In this document: positions 36,572 to 50,285 of the stretch, one piece after another
Layout of the letters: every line of letters begins with the position of its first letter
How positions within the stretch are numbered: position 1 is the stretch's first letter
Source of the DNA: Octopus sinensis
Lineage: Eukaryota
Direction: 5' to 3'
Assembly (NCBI RefSeq): GCF_006345805.1
Contig: NC_043003.1
Location: forward strand, 35,340,001 to 35,404,000
Length of the DNA: 64,000 nt
Translations under genes and position numbers: made by a program
The notes under the pieces: model-generated
Databases searched by the model: none
What the model was told of the DNA's origin: nothing
Seen by the model: only the letters and a program-made list of their open reading frames with translations

Positions 36572-39120
36572 ATTTATCTGTGTTAACAACATCTCAAGAT
36601 GGAGCCTTATATCACCTCAGTGGAAGATTTCTAATAATTAAAAAAATAGAAGAGACATACATAAGTACGTACATACATACTCATCGAGTGATAACGAATA
36701 ACTAGGCTTATTTGAGGTAAACAATCCCAATGCATTTCATCCGATGATTGAATCCTTGGTTCGCTTCACTGGATTATAAATAGCTTATCGAGTGTATATC
36801 CATGGCAATTACGATGAATACGGAGGTTAATACACGTACACATTTCCTATATTTACAGCATATTTAATTTAAATCGTGCGTTTCTGTTGCATAGACAACT
36901 CGCAATAGCATTTGCATCTAGTTTCATTCATCTGCCTATTAACATATGAAAATTTGTTTAAGTTATTTGATGAGTAGAAATATGTGTGGTATGTTTGTAT
37001 ATGCATGTATGAAGAGTAGATCTCAATGGGTATGTGTGAAACTCTGTAGTAGTGCATGTAGGTGACAGAATACCGATGAGTGTGTCTATAGGTATATGCA
37101 TATGTAAGTGAAGCGTGTGAAAATATGGGGTATTTGTCTAAGGTGAGCTTATTCTTGTGTGTTAGACTGTTAAGTGTGAGTCTGCTAATGGTATATGATT
37201 GTCAGTGGTTAGGTACGAATTATGGGTGTTTGGAAGAGAATATTCCTTATTTTATCATACTACGTCTTCTTCTATGCAGCTCATATTTCCACAACTACAG
37301 CATCCATAAATCTACCAGGTGAACAGCTTTCTACGAGTTACTTAACTCACTAAAATTAGCTGATAGCAGCAAATTTTTCTCAAAATACATTAAACCATTT
37401 TGTATATGCGTAGAATAACTCAGATATGCAGCTGCACATAATACTGGAAAGAGAATGCTATTGAAAAGAGTTCTGCTCGTTAAGTATAGGTATGAAGTTA
37501 AATTATATTAAATAAGAAAGACAATCGCATCAGAAAAGATAGAACCGGCTTTACCAAAACACAAAAGGAACAAAAATAAATGAATGAATAAATAGATAAA
37601 TATATAAATAACGAATTGATCCATTACCGCATACAGAGAATGTACGAGCTTTCGACTCTTGATCATCCTACATAAAGTTGGTCCTTATCAAAGCATTATT
37701 CCTCAAGATGAGGACCAGAAGATCACAACGTTTGCTCATGAGGGTTACAAATTGACATGGCAACTTTTAGAAATTCTGCAAAATAATATCTTCCACATAG
37801 AACGCTGACAGTTGTTGGTATGAATAGAATTCTTGGTAAAATTGCAACGTCTCTTAATCAATGTTCTTTTAAAGCTTGGTCCATGGCATTATTAGTGTTA
37901 GAAGAGAAGCTTCCCTCTAAAACTAGTATCAACTTTTAAGTAAAATGACCAGACACCTGACCTGTAAACTTTGCAAGATGGCTGTTTTTCAAGGTATATT
38001 GATTCTCATACATTCAGGTAGTTTTAAGGTCCAAAGCAACAGCGAGTTAAAGTAAGCAGAGATTTTATTGGCTTTTTTTATTATTAGGGAAAGTGAATAG
38101 GTGTAATAACATTACCACTTCTTCTTCCATTTCACATTTATTGCCAGTGAATTCCTACGATGTTCTACTGAAAACCATAAGAACATTTTGTTTGCTACTG
38201 TGCATTTATCTCTAACAGTCATTTTCTGCAGAATTCGTCAACTTCACGAATTTTCTGTAAAGTTGCAAATAGGTATTTCTTATTTACCCAATATTGAGAC
38301 GTTATTTGAAGTAGAATGTGGTCTACCATCAGAAGAATGACAGTGGCTGCACTACCCGAACAAAAAATCATGCTCTTATAATGAAATGTTTTAAGAAGCA
38401 ATAGACGAACCACAAATGGTTATAGTTCTAGTATCAATTAAACTTACAGTGATTTGTTTATATATTGAATGAACAGATTATTTTATATAGTTAATAGTAG
38501 GAAAAAACCCACTTAAGGTGGTCAGAGTGCATTCACATCAATGAAAACTCACAATGAGTCACATCGTATCTGAACACAAACTCTACTGTCATGTACTGTG
38601 AGGTTTTAACGATCCCAGACGTAGAATATACTTTAAGATGGACATTTAATATTCAAATACGTAGTTCGCTTCACCCATCCACTTGAGTTAAAATTGAATA
38701 AAGCTGTGCAGGAAAGCATACACTGGACAAATAAACACTGCATCTTAATTAACAAAATGCATGTAAATGCTACACGAAAGGCTATGTGGACACTTATCCC
38801 ACAGAAACACTTGTCGGAGGGAATTTAATACTGCCATAAACAAATTATTAAGATATGTCTGTCTTGTATATATAGCAGACCCTGGATTTCATTCCCCACA
38901 TAAATATATTCTCGTGGATAACACTTTTCTCTATATGCGCTTCAATGTATTTATTATCACAAATAAATTGCACATCATGTTTGAGGCTCTGATGAGGCTA
39001 TTAGGCTCTCAAATTATAGGGGAAACAGCTGCAACTTAATGAAATTCATAAGGTAATCTTTTATTCCTTAGTCATCAAGATATTTTCTTGAATGTATGTA
39101 TATATATATATATTATATAT

Positions 39121-39154
<34 letters not shown>

Positions 39155-40008
39155 CATATATATATTTGTGTGTGTGTGTATGTGTGTTTGTGTATGTGTA
39201 TGAATTAGTCAATTAGTGTGTATGTATATGAACATATTCATGCTCATCTTGACAGATTAATAAAGGTGAACGTCGTAAGAATTGTTGCCTCAACGGAAAA
39301 AAGGAAAAAGAAATGTAAGTTAACAATGCAAGAGAAACATAAGATTGGTGTAAGAACGACGAAAATTATAAAGAGACACAGTAAAGAGACAGTAAAAACT
39401 AAATTTAAAACAAAATTGAATGATAAGATATGTTTCAAGGAACAATGGATATGGGTCGAGAGCTGATTTAAGATAATTCCTATCGTCAGAAAGAACGGCG
39501 GATGGCACTTTGTTTGGAAAATTGATAGGCGTCTTGATTCTACCTTAAATGAAATATCTGCCATTTCGAACGAAATTCAAGGAAGTTTCATAGAAACTTT
39601 AAATCCTCAAATATTCCTTTCTAATCATTACAAAATTTACAAAGTATCACTTTAGAAAAATTAAGCATTTGCACATCAAATTAATTTTATATCAGCATTT
39701 GAAAACGAATTTCATTGTTGAAATTAGCAACGAAAATGACATAGTAAATTTAATATATTTTAGCGAACCCAATAATTGATCAATCAGGTGTTCAAATTGC
39801 TGGCCATGACCACCTCATGCAGCTATTTACTTATCTAACTAGCTACCTACTTAAGTACGTACGCAATCCCACGCTCACATACACACACGCACGCATGCAC
39901 ATGCATACACGCATACATATACATGCATATACACCCATGCGTCAAACACAAGAAAACAGTATCCAATTTATGAGAATTAAATTTAAATAGTTATACCCTG
40001 AGCAACTA

Positions 40009-40256
40009 TTTGGTTGGTGCATAATTATTGCGGCTTTTTTTCAACAAATTTTATTCAACTAAATAACAATATTTAACAAAATATCTTTAAATGACGGTCT
40101 GACCGTTTACCAAGCAAATGGGAAGCACTAATTGAAGTAGACGGTGAATATGCTCCGGAATAATAATTTAAATATGTTTTTGTTATATGTTGATATTGTT
40201 TCTGTTGAATAAAATTTGTTGAAAAAAAAAACCGTAATAATTATGCACGAACCCAA
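40009..40256 (+). mobile_element. Mariner-derived MITE (~250 bp) with long TIRs and TA TSD
   Basis: TA|tttggttggtgcataattattgcgg...ccgtaataattatgcacgaacccaa|TA; the TIR extends ~60 bp; the interior keeps DRLPSKWEALIEVDGEYAPE* (transposase C-terminus). Confidence 0.85.
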
Positions 40257-40347
40257 TATATTGTTAAGGATTTATGGAAAAAATATGTATAGTTAAAACG
40301 TATTTAAGGACGATATGAACTCCTAAAATTATAAAAAATTGTGTGTA

Positions 40348-40384
<37 letters not shown>

Positions 40385-40564
40385 ATGCATACCTGGATTT
40401 AAAAAATACGTACTGGGGTCGATGCATTCGACTAAAATTTCTTAAAGTCTGGTCTGTGCCAAAGTACGGCCGAACTTAAATGACTAAAAAAAAAACAATA
40501 AAAAAAGATATAATGCTGTATGAGTACTCATTCTAGTTGTTCGACATTTGCGTAAATATGCATA

Positions 40565-41474
40565 TTTTATATAAAATTTCATATAGGGACCGTCGAACAT
40601 TTCGCGAATTGTTAAAAAGTATCACAAAAGTATAGCTCCCAAAATGACTGCAGAGCTTAATGACGGCCTCGAGTACCCAGTTTCCACAAAAAACTGTTCG
40701 CCAAGAGCTGCACAAAGCCGGATCTCACGGGAGGGTTGCAACCAGAAAACTACTACATTCAAAAACAAACGTTGCAAAGCGTTTAGAGTGGAGTAAAAAC
40801 CTACAGAATTGGTCCCTAGAGTAGTGGAAGAATGTTATTTTCTTGGACGAGTCATCCTTTACCTTATTTCTGACCACCGGCTGAGTATATGTGTGGAGAC
40901 AACCAAAAGAAGCATTTGACCCAGAGTGCTTTCTTCCAACTGTTAAACATAGAGGAAGATCTGTAATGATCTAAGGGCTTTATCTTCGACATTCTCGGTC
41001 CAGTGCTTTCCTTTCATGGCAGAATTAATATTCAAGACTATTTAAACATTTCATTTGATGAAATTCATCCTAAGTTTGCGGAACTGTTTCCGGAGGGAAA
41101 CGCAATCTTTCAGGATGATAATACACCAATTAATACAGCTAAAGTTGTTACTGAATGGCACGAGGAACATTCTAGTGAAGTTGATCATCTTATCCCGCCA
41201 ACACAGGCACCAGATCTTAATATTATTGAACATTTATGGTGCATATTCGAAAAACAAGTAAGGAGCTGACATCCTCCACCATCATCACTACAAGAACTGG
41301 TGACAGTTTTAGTTGAAGAATGGACAAATATTCCTTTGGAAACAATTCAAACATTGCATGAGTCCATATCTCGTAGAATTTAAGCTGTAACTACTGCCAA
41401 AGGCGCTCCTACTCCATATTAAAATATATCTGTTTGAAATTTTGTGGTGTTTCCATTATTTTGTCCAATCCCTG
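40565..41474 (+). mobile_element. 5'-truncated Tc1-family (DD34E) transposon, inactivated
   Basis: WKNVIFLDESSF, TVKHRGRSVMI*G, FQDDNTP...PDLNIIEHLW; right TIR ...ccattattttgtccaatccctg|TA. Confidence 0.85.
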
Positions 41475-42084
41475 TATATTAGGACAAATGTGTCCAATCG
41501 GATTTAACAGATTGAAATAGTTTCTATTGTTTACGGAGCCGACAATGGTGATATATACTGTGCACAATGAATAAGATAAGTATTAACCAACAGCACACAT
41601 TACATTATAAAATGCTTAGAAATATATATTTCGTAACATTATCAAATATTATTTTATGTAAAACTTTACAAAATTCACGTAATATCTCTTGTACCTGTTG
41701 TGATGGAAGAAAGATGAACTTCATACTACAGAGGTATTGTTAGAGCTGGACTTGGCATAACAGAGCTATAATGCTGAGCTGGACGTTGCCTCACTATTTT
41801 AAAAATCTGGGTTGACTGATAAGCAACTGTATATTGGGGTTGGAACAAATGTACTTGAAGCCTGAATCAAATTTGAAATAAAACTAAACAATGACATACG
41901 TTCATGCATACATTGTTACGAGAGTAGACTAAAATCTTCATAAGCAGACTATGAAGAAGTAATGCAAGTGCAGTGATATTTTGCATGCATTATTTTCAAC
42001 TTTTATTAGCAACGGCATTGTTTCAACTGATATTTGTCTCTTCAAAGAAGGCTCCAAAAGTAACTAGTAGCGACTCTTCTTGAA

Positions 42085-43115
42085 AACAGACAAAATTTGG
42101 CATCGTGATCTCAACATGTATCTGCAGAAAAAATAGTTTGGCTCCCAAGGATTTTCATACTGATATGTTTGCTACATTAGAGGATGGTATTCCAGGTATA
42201 TGAATAGTGCAAAGAGTGTAGCTGAATTTAAGGAGAAAGGGAGAGTCTTAAAGACAACCCACTGTCTGGAGGTCCTGCATCTGCTACAACTGAGGAAAGC
42301 ATTGACCATGTTTACCGCATGTAATGGATTTACCACATGGTAAATCAAAGAACCAATGCTATTAGCATAATCCCTGAGGGAGTTGAGAATATTCTGCACA
42401 GTGAACATGACATGTCTCCTCGGTGGGCGTCACGACTTCTGTCACCTAAATGAAAAATGCATCAAGCTGATCTCATCACGGAAAAATCTGACATTGCTTA
42501 AGGTAGATCCAGCTGGTTTTCCTTGAACGTTTCTAACCCTGATTGAGAGATGGATTCATCACAAATAGACAATCCACGCATTGATAACATCTCTCCTCAC
42601 CTGCTTCAAAGAAGGCCAAGACCGCTTCATCTGCATGGAAGATGATGGCCTCAGAATTTGGGGTTGCAAAAGACATAGAATTTATTTACTATCTTCAAAA
42701 GGGCCACACCATCAACGGGTTGTACTATGCCAACTGGTTAAGGCTTTTACGAAAGGCTATCAAGAAAAAATGCTCAAAAATAACTGAGGAAATGGGTTTG
42801 CTTTCATTAGGCTAGTGCTCCAGCACACAAGGACTTGATTTCAATGGGTTTTGCACGTGACTGTAGCCTTGAACTGTTTGATCAACCTCCCTATCTTCCT
42901 GATTTCGCCATATCTATCATCTGTTCCACAACATAGAATAAAAAACACTTGATTCTAAACCAGTGATGATAACATCATATCTTCTGTTGAGACTTTTACG
43001 ACCAACAGGATGAAAGCTTCTTCACCAAGCACTGTAAAATCGATTCAATTACTGTAAAACCGAATGTAGAAGTGTGTGTACCGCACAGGGGACTATGTTG
43101 AAACCTAATACTCAT
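42085..43115 (+). mobile_element. Degraded mariner (irritans-like) element
   Basis: Broken peptides KIWHR...YLQKK, ESLKDNP.SGGP, GKMMASEF, ...KCV.RTGDYVE. Confidence 0.7.
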
Positions 43116-43585
43116 TTGCTAGCATTCCATGAGAGATTATCTTGGTCAGCCTATGAACTTTCGGCCCACCTTCGAACATACATTAATAAACACATATGTG
43201 TTTATGAACTCATATATTTATTCATGGATAATTCAATCACGAATGGTTTTGTGTGTTGCTTCTTGGAATTTACGGAATTTAACGTTACCGATCCTGCTGA
43301 CCACAAGTTGTTCCATCTATGTTATAAAGGAAGCAAACAAAAATAAAAGGAAAAAAAACAGTCTTGAGAAAAATTTGTTCCACTTTATTATAATACGTTG
43401 CTTGTCGCATTGAGATATTGCATATACTATCGTGATAGCGTATATATGTACGTATGAGAGTATATATGTAAATGTATGTATTATGTATGTGAGTATGTAT
43501 AAATGTGTGTGTATGTGCGTATATATATATGTATATGTATTTGTGTATATATATGTATATAAATGTGTGTGTATATATATGTATG

Positions 43586-43650
<65 letters not shown>

Positions 43651-44091
43651 AATGTGTGTGTGAATGTGCGTATATATATATATATATATATATGAATTAA
43701 ATAAAAAAAACGAAGAGCAAACAAGAAACAAAAAACAAAAAACGCGAGGACGTGGTACATGCAAGTATTAGCAGACGCTCAGGGGAGGAAATATATATAT
43801 ATAATATATATATATATATATTATATATATATATATATATCCATACATATACACACAGTCACACACCTTCATATATATATATGCATATATATATATATAA
43901 CACGTAGGTATATGTTACTCTCCCCTAGTGTTTGGGTACGTGATTGTGCTTTTATAACTGTATGTGCATATATGTGTTTGAGTCTGTGTGTAGTTTCTCT
44001 GTAAGCATAGTCTGCTACAAACTTTTATATTCCCACATAGCAATATTAATATTTTTAGTGAAAGAAGAAATTTAGTGGCAATGGAAGGAAA

Positions 44092-44093
44092 AA

Positions 44094-44145
<52 letters not shown>

Positions 44146-44150
44146 AAATA
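44092..44150. repeat. (AAAG)n tetranucleotide array
   Basis: Read directly. Confidence 0.9.
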
Positions 44151-44746
44151 GAAAGAATAATTGAAGACAGAAACGAGAAACAGAAAGATTCAAGGAAAGT
44201 AAAAATAAAAGAAAAAATGAAGAATGGAAGAAAGAAGAAAGGAAGAATGAAAAAAGAGAGGAAAAAACAGAACGTATTTGTTTAGCGATTTTCGGCAGGA
44301 GTTCTTACTGCTGAGTGCATTGTAGAACACATCATGACAATCGCTGCATTATCTCAGGCAACTGTTAGAACCGACCATCGAACAGTCTTGTCATTATTAG
44401 AGTGCACAGATGGTTAATTGCTGTTATTACCATGGAACCATTCCATTTGGTATTGCAACGATGTGCATATCCGCAGGGCTCTACAATTCTAAAGCACGTA
44501 GCTATCTAAAGTGAAGCATTTCATTCTCTTTGCAATCGCTATCTATTTATCTGTTGTCTGTCTTTCTGTACGTCTGTGTCAATGTTTGCCTGTCTGTCTC
44601 ACCATATCTTTACGTCTCTTATATCGTGTATGTATTTTTGTACTGTGTACGTATCCATGTACGTATGTATGTTTGATGGCATGTGCGTATGTTTACCTGT
44701 ATGGAAGCATGTACGTGATTGTCTATACGTATGTATGTAAAATCTC

Positions 44747-44795
<49 letters not shown>

Positions 44796-47700
44796 TATAT
44801 ATATATTATATATATATATATACATATATATGCATTCGTGCATAGATGCTATTTATGTGTATATATTTGTAGGTATATATGCATGCATGTATCTCGCCGA
44901 CTCTTTCTTTCTCTATATGTTTGCTTTCCTTCCTCCATTATTTGAATAGAACCACTTCTAATATACAGTTTCTTATATTATTTACATTTCATTCTGCTGT
45001 GTATTTAGTGACAATGTTGTGGTACGCAATCGCATTTCACATACAGAAGCAAGCGCCTTGCAATCTCACAGACAGTTATATTTTGGGATGTGTGAATGAG
45101 CACACATATGTATAGGCAATACGCACATAATTTGTAAATGTACATCGTTATGTGAATATGTCTGCACCCACACAAACTCACACATACACTTGCGAACAGT
45201 CATATATACATATAATACGTATAAACGCACAAACATATATACATATAATACATATTTATCAATATATATACATATATATATATATATTTGTACGCTCACA
45301 TACATATATAGCAATCTATCTCAATCTGTCAATGTAGCTAGTGTTCTGTACATGCATACATGTGTGTGTATGTGTGTGTGTGTCTACGTAACCCAAAAAT
45401 ATATTCTTGATATATTTGATGAATATTTACAGTGATCTATTTATAGCTGCGAGATTTGAATTTTAAAACCAAAATTATGGTGTTTTTTGATGTGGAGAAA
45501 CTACCCCAGGAAATAGTTTGCACATGCTTAATATTTCATATGTACGAAAAGGCAAGGTGTTTACAATACATCTTCTGTTTTTGGTCTAAGCATTTATAAA
45601 ACTGGGAAATATTTGGAACAGCTCTTTGGTCTTGCTAATAAAGGGAATAGATGTGATTATATTATTATGCGATTAGAAAAATAACTATTCTTAGGTTAAA
45701 ATATATGCAGTTTATTTTAATACCTATAGCTTAATTTATTTTCGATTTTGTCCCGTAGAAATTATACGTTTATATATTTTTACAACAACCATAACTATTT
45801 CTCCTGAGACGTGAAGTCGAGTTTACAGCGAGCATATGCGTGATGTGTTTACAAACATACACCAACATGTGAATATGGGAGGGGTATCTTGCCAATAAAT
45901 GTTTATGTGTTTGTGAAGTGCAGAGTGAATGCATATTCATACATCTATTTGCAAACTAGATTAATTCGTATCTCGTGTCTTTGAAAAGAATATAACATGT
46001 ATTGGAAATTACTGACCGATTAAGGTTTCCATTTCATCTTCAGCAAGTATAACATTATTCTAACATATTCCACCACACTTAATGTGACTAGTATTGTAAC
46101 TGCTTCGAATATGATGAAGTTTGCTAAATATTATTTACAGTTATTATACATATAATGGTAGATTGCGGAGGTATCTCTTGTGTCAAGCAAAACTCCGATT
46201 GCATACTCCCAGGTAGAAGAAAAAAAAAAACAAATAGGCAGGAATGATTACAGAGCAGATGGAGTTCTGGGCATTCTTCGGTTTTGTGTGATTCTGGATC
46301 CTAAAGCGTAGGATTCTACGAACTACAACCGATATGGGAGCTCCCAATATAATGAAGTAAACGCTAAGACACAATCACCCTGCTGGTTGTAAGCATTCTA
46401 TAGTTTAATGTTTCATCTGCGCACACCACTACAACAGATGAATCCTATAGTTCACTAATTTAATTGTTGATAGTGGCCGTTAGCAGTTTGTTGACTGTTC
46501 ATCCACTCAGCATCTAGTGGTGTTCACCATTGACTCAATCCGTTCCTATGTCGAAATAGTTCACCTTCTCTATACTGATTTATGATTTCAGCGTAATACT
46601 GCTTTGTGTGTTTGTCGGTTTCTGAGCAGTAACAAAGTCGTGCGTGATTTGATCCCTATTTACTTGCTAATTAACCCATAGCTGTGACCCTGACAGGCAC
46701 TCCTACTCCACGTCGGAGTAGATAATGGATCAATAAGATTTAAGTTGTTCCACACAACTCAAACACTAGAACACTTGGCCCCATTATGGGATGCTGTTTA
46801 AAATGGTACCCAAAACAAGTCATACTCAAGACACGGATTGAGACAAATATTAACATAGGAGGTACTGTTAAACATTTGAAACTTCGTATTTCTATGTTTA
46901 AACACATTTTCTCCAACCTTACTAGCATAGGATATCCATGAAGTAGATAACTACATGATGAGTAATAAACTAATTTTTTCGGTACTGGGATACGCGAAAT
47001 GTTACAAGGGAGGCAGGCTCCTTTGTAAATTATGTACAAGAAAGGACTAGAGATTATATTAGCTAATAGTAAACACATTCTATATATGCTATGAATGTAC
47101 TTGCCTCGACTAGCTTCTTATGAAGTACTGGATTATAGCAGTACAAGATCGATCTGGGTTATAAATTGTTGGATAAATGGTTGATCCCACCGGCAATCTA
47201 GAAGCTACCTGACTGGAGTTCAGACAGTTTCAGGATACTAAATTTTAAGGCTATAGAAAAGGGAAATTGCCGAACAAATCACGCGGTTGGATTGGGATCG
47301 GTTTCTTATGAGTGTGAAACACATGTGTTTATTAATCAGGGAAACTTCCCAACACCGTTCCACATACACAAAAACGATACGGATAGTTACAGAAACATGA
47401 ACATGGACGGTTCATACAGAAAAAGCTGAGATCAAGAGACCAAATGATAAATAAGGATGAATTGTAAGCAGAGTGAAAAAAAAAGCAAACAAAAAGGAAA
47501 GGACAAGCGCTCATATAGCATATCTTGTCAATTGGCGACAAAATATAGAAACGTTCTGTGATGTAACACTAATAGGAGAGTGAGTGCCTTTCGGGATATA
47601 ATTATCTATCATACAAACCAATAGCTGCAACTTTGGAAGAATGGGCAGAATGATAGATCGATAGAAAGGCAGATAAATGTAAATAAGTAAAAAAAAAATT

Positions 47701-48314
47701 GTTAGGTAACCCGAGAAGACAGAAAGTGATGTACATAGAAAAGATGAAAATGTAAGAGCAAAGAAAAGCATTCACACGATAAGGGAATGACTTGTAGTTT
47801 GAAAAATATATCACACATTCACTAATAATGAAAAACGTGGAACAGAGGGTTAACAAAATAATTTAAAAGAAAATTGTAAACACTCTGACAAACGGACGCA
47901 TACATGCTCAATCCCATATCAGCCTCGATATAATATACATACACACACACACATATATGTGTATGTGTATATATATATATGCGTGTGTCTGTAAATATCA
48001 GTAAAAAAGTAAATGTTAAATTAAATACGGAGATAAATTCTGTTACATTATATTAAATATTTCATTCCGTTCATCTACCCCACCCCCAACAAGAAAAGAA
48101 ACAACAAAAATAAATAAACGTAACTGATTGCTGACAAGAACATTGTCTCCTTTCCAAAAGAAATGAAAACCTGATGGACTGAGAGGTTATGAAATATATG
48201 CGTATATGGCTTATATAGATGCACACACACACACATATATATATATGTATATATATATATGTATATATAGATATATATATAGATAGATAGATATATTCTT
48301 ATGTATATATATAT

Positions 48315-48615
48315 ATCACGTGATCACGTGATATCACGTGACCGACCAGACCATCAGATGTTGTTACACATCGCTGGTCACAATGCGTTCGCATTGTTTT
48401 AGCCTTCGAATGACGCCATCCCGATGGCTAAGCGAGCAGGCCAACAGAAGAAAGAGTGGGAGAAAGAGTGGTGAAAGAGTACAGCAGGAATCACCACCTG
48501 GAGCTTTTAAGTGTTTTCGCTCAATAAACGCTCACAACGCCCGGTCTGGGAATCGAAACCGCGATCCTGCGACCGCGAGTCCGCTGCCCTAACCACTAGG
48601 CCATTGCGCCTCCAC
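48315..48615 (-). mobile_element. Full-length, well-preserved SINE family C with TCACGTGA-repeat tail
   Basis: Reverse complement of the family C head (ccactaggccattgcgcctccac at 48593-48615); tail tcacgtgatcacgtgatatcacgtga. Confidence 0.9.
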
Positions 48616-48631
48616 ACACACACACACACAC

Positions 48632-48684
<53 letters not shown>

Positions 48685-48789
48685 TCGTATATATATTCAT
48701 ATATATGTATATCAAATTCCATTTCTCCACATCCGCTTTTACTATTGATGTTGTAGTTGTTGCTCTTGGTAATGATCTTGCACTTATTT

Positions 48790-48838
48790 TCTATTATTAT
48801 TATTATTATCATTATTATTATTATCATTATTATTATTG

Positions 48839-48928
<90 letters not shown>

Positions 48929-48930
48929 CA
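48790..48930. repeat. Compound (ATT)n-(AGT)n microsatellite
   Basis: Read directly. Confidence 0.9.
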
Positions 48931-49831
48931 TCTCTTGTTGCTGTTATTTCTGCAGCAGCCGTAGTGGACATTGTTCCCTTTCCTCCTCTCCAGATCTTCA
49001 TTTAGATTTTCTTTTCCTTCTTGTCTCTATTATTATAACCCACGTATTCGCAATTTCAGTGTGTAGACACTTCTTTTACCTACTTAAGTCGCCTGAGAAA
49101 CACGCGAACATCCATTTTTTTTTCCTTCTCATATAAATTTGCTGTTTTGCACCTCAGTAAGAAATCATTATAGCAGCTGTTGCTGTTTTCTGTTATTCTT
49201 ATCTTTCTTTTTGTATTTATTATTATTATTCGTGTTATTTCTTACACTCTTCAAATTCGATGTTTGATAAACGCAACTTGTGTAAACACAACGTGCAAAA
49301 ATATTCCATAATGAGAATGATCTACGGACAATACTGAAATATCATTGTTATTCGTGGACATCCCATTAACTGCGTATATTTCAGGATATCCGATTGCTGC
49401 ACAATTGCATTCTTATAAAACATAACGTAGCTGAACAAATATCATATTGGTTATTCGAAAAGGAAGAAATGGCAGAATATGTAGGAAGTATGAATAGCAT
49501 TCAAAAGAGTAAAAGGAAAGATAACGATTCAAAAGTAAGGAATATACAACGGTAAATTTAGTAGCGTATATGTATGTTTGGGTACGCATATGCATAGATC
49601 TGATTGTACATGTATATCTCTTAAAACCTAGAATCATTCAGTCAATCCATCAATCAATCAACTGATCTATCGATCAATCAATCAGCATTCACTCTATATC
49701 ACTCTATCCGCCATCTATCTACCTATCTGTCTGTCTATTTATCTGTCCTTCTCTAACACATTTCTCTCTATTTCTCTCTCACTCTCTCTATCTCTCTCTA
49801 TCTTTATCTTATATATATATATATAAATATA

Positions 49832-50021
49832 GGAGGCGCAGTGGTGGCGTCGAGGCCTCGTGGGTAGTAAAAAGCTTTCTATCCAACCATATGGTTCCGG
49901 ATTCAGTACTACTGCGTGATTCCTTGGGCAAACCAAACCTATATGAGTGGTTATGGTAGAAGGAAACTGAAAGAAATATTTATATATATACATATACATA
50001 TATATATATATAATATATATA

Positions 50022-50065
<44 letters not shown>

Positions 50066-50285
50066 GTGTGTGTGTATGTCTCTGTTTGTTCCACATCACC
50101 GCTTGACAACCGATGCTATGGGGTTTGCATCCCCGTAGCTTAGCGGTTTGGCAAAAGAGACATAGAATAAGAGTTAGGCCTAAAAATTAGTTAAGTGCGG
50201 CGGTCGATTCATTTGAGTAAAAATTCAAGGTGGTGCCCCAGCATAGCTGCGGTCTAATGACTGAGACAAGTATAATATAAAAGAT
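49832..50285 (+). mobile_element. SINE family B with expanded internal (TA)n
   Basis: Family B head, core and tail motifs, with ~100 bp of internal TA array at 49980-50075. Confidence 0.75.

Noticed and set aside
37640-37810. STLD / PYQSIIPQDEDQKITTF resembling a Gypsy RT motif
   Set aside because: Short and frameshifted, with no YxDD motif or LTRs.
46740-47250. LEHLAPLW and LLDKWL resembling a CR1 C-terminal region
   Set aside because: Too degraded to distinguish from chance.
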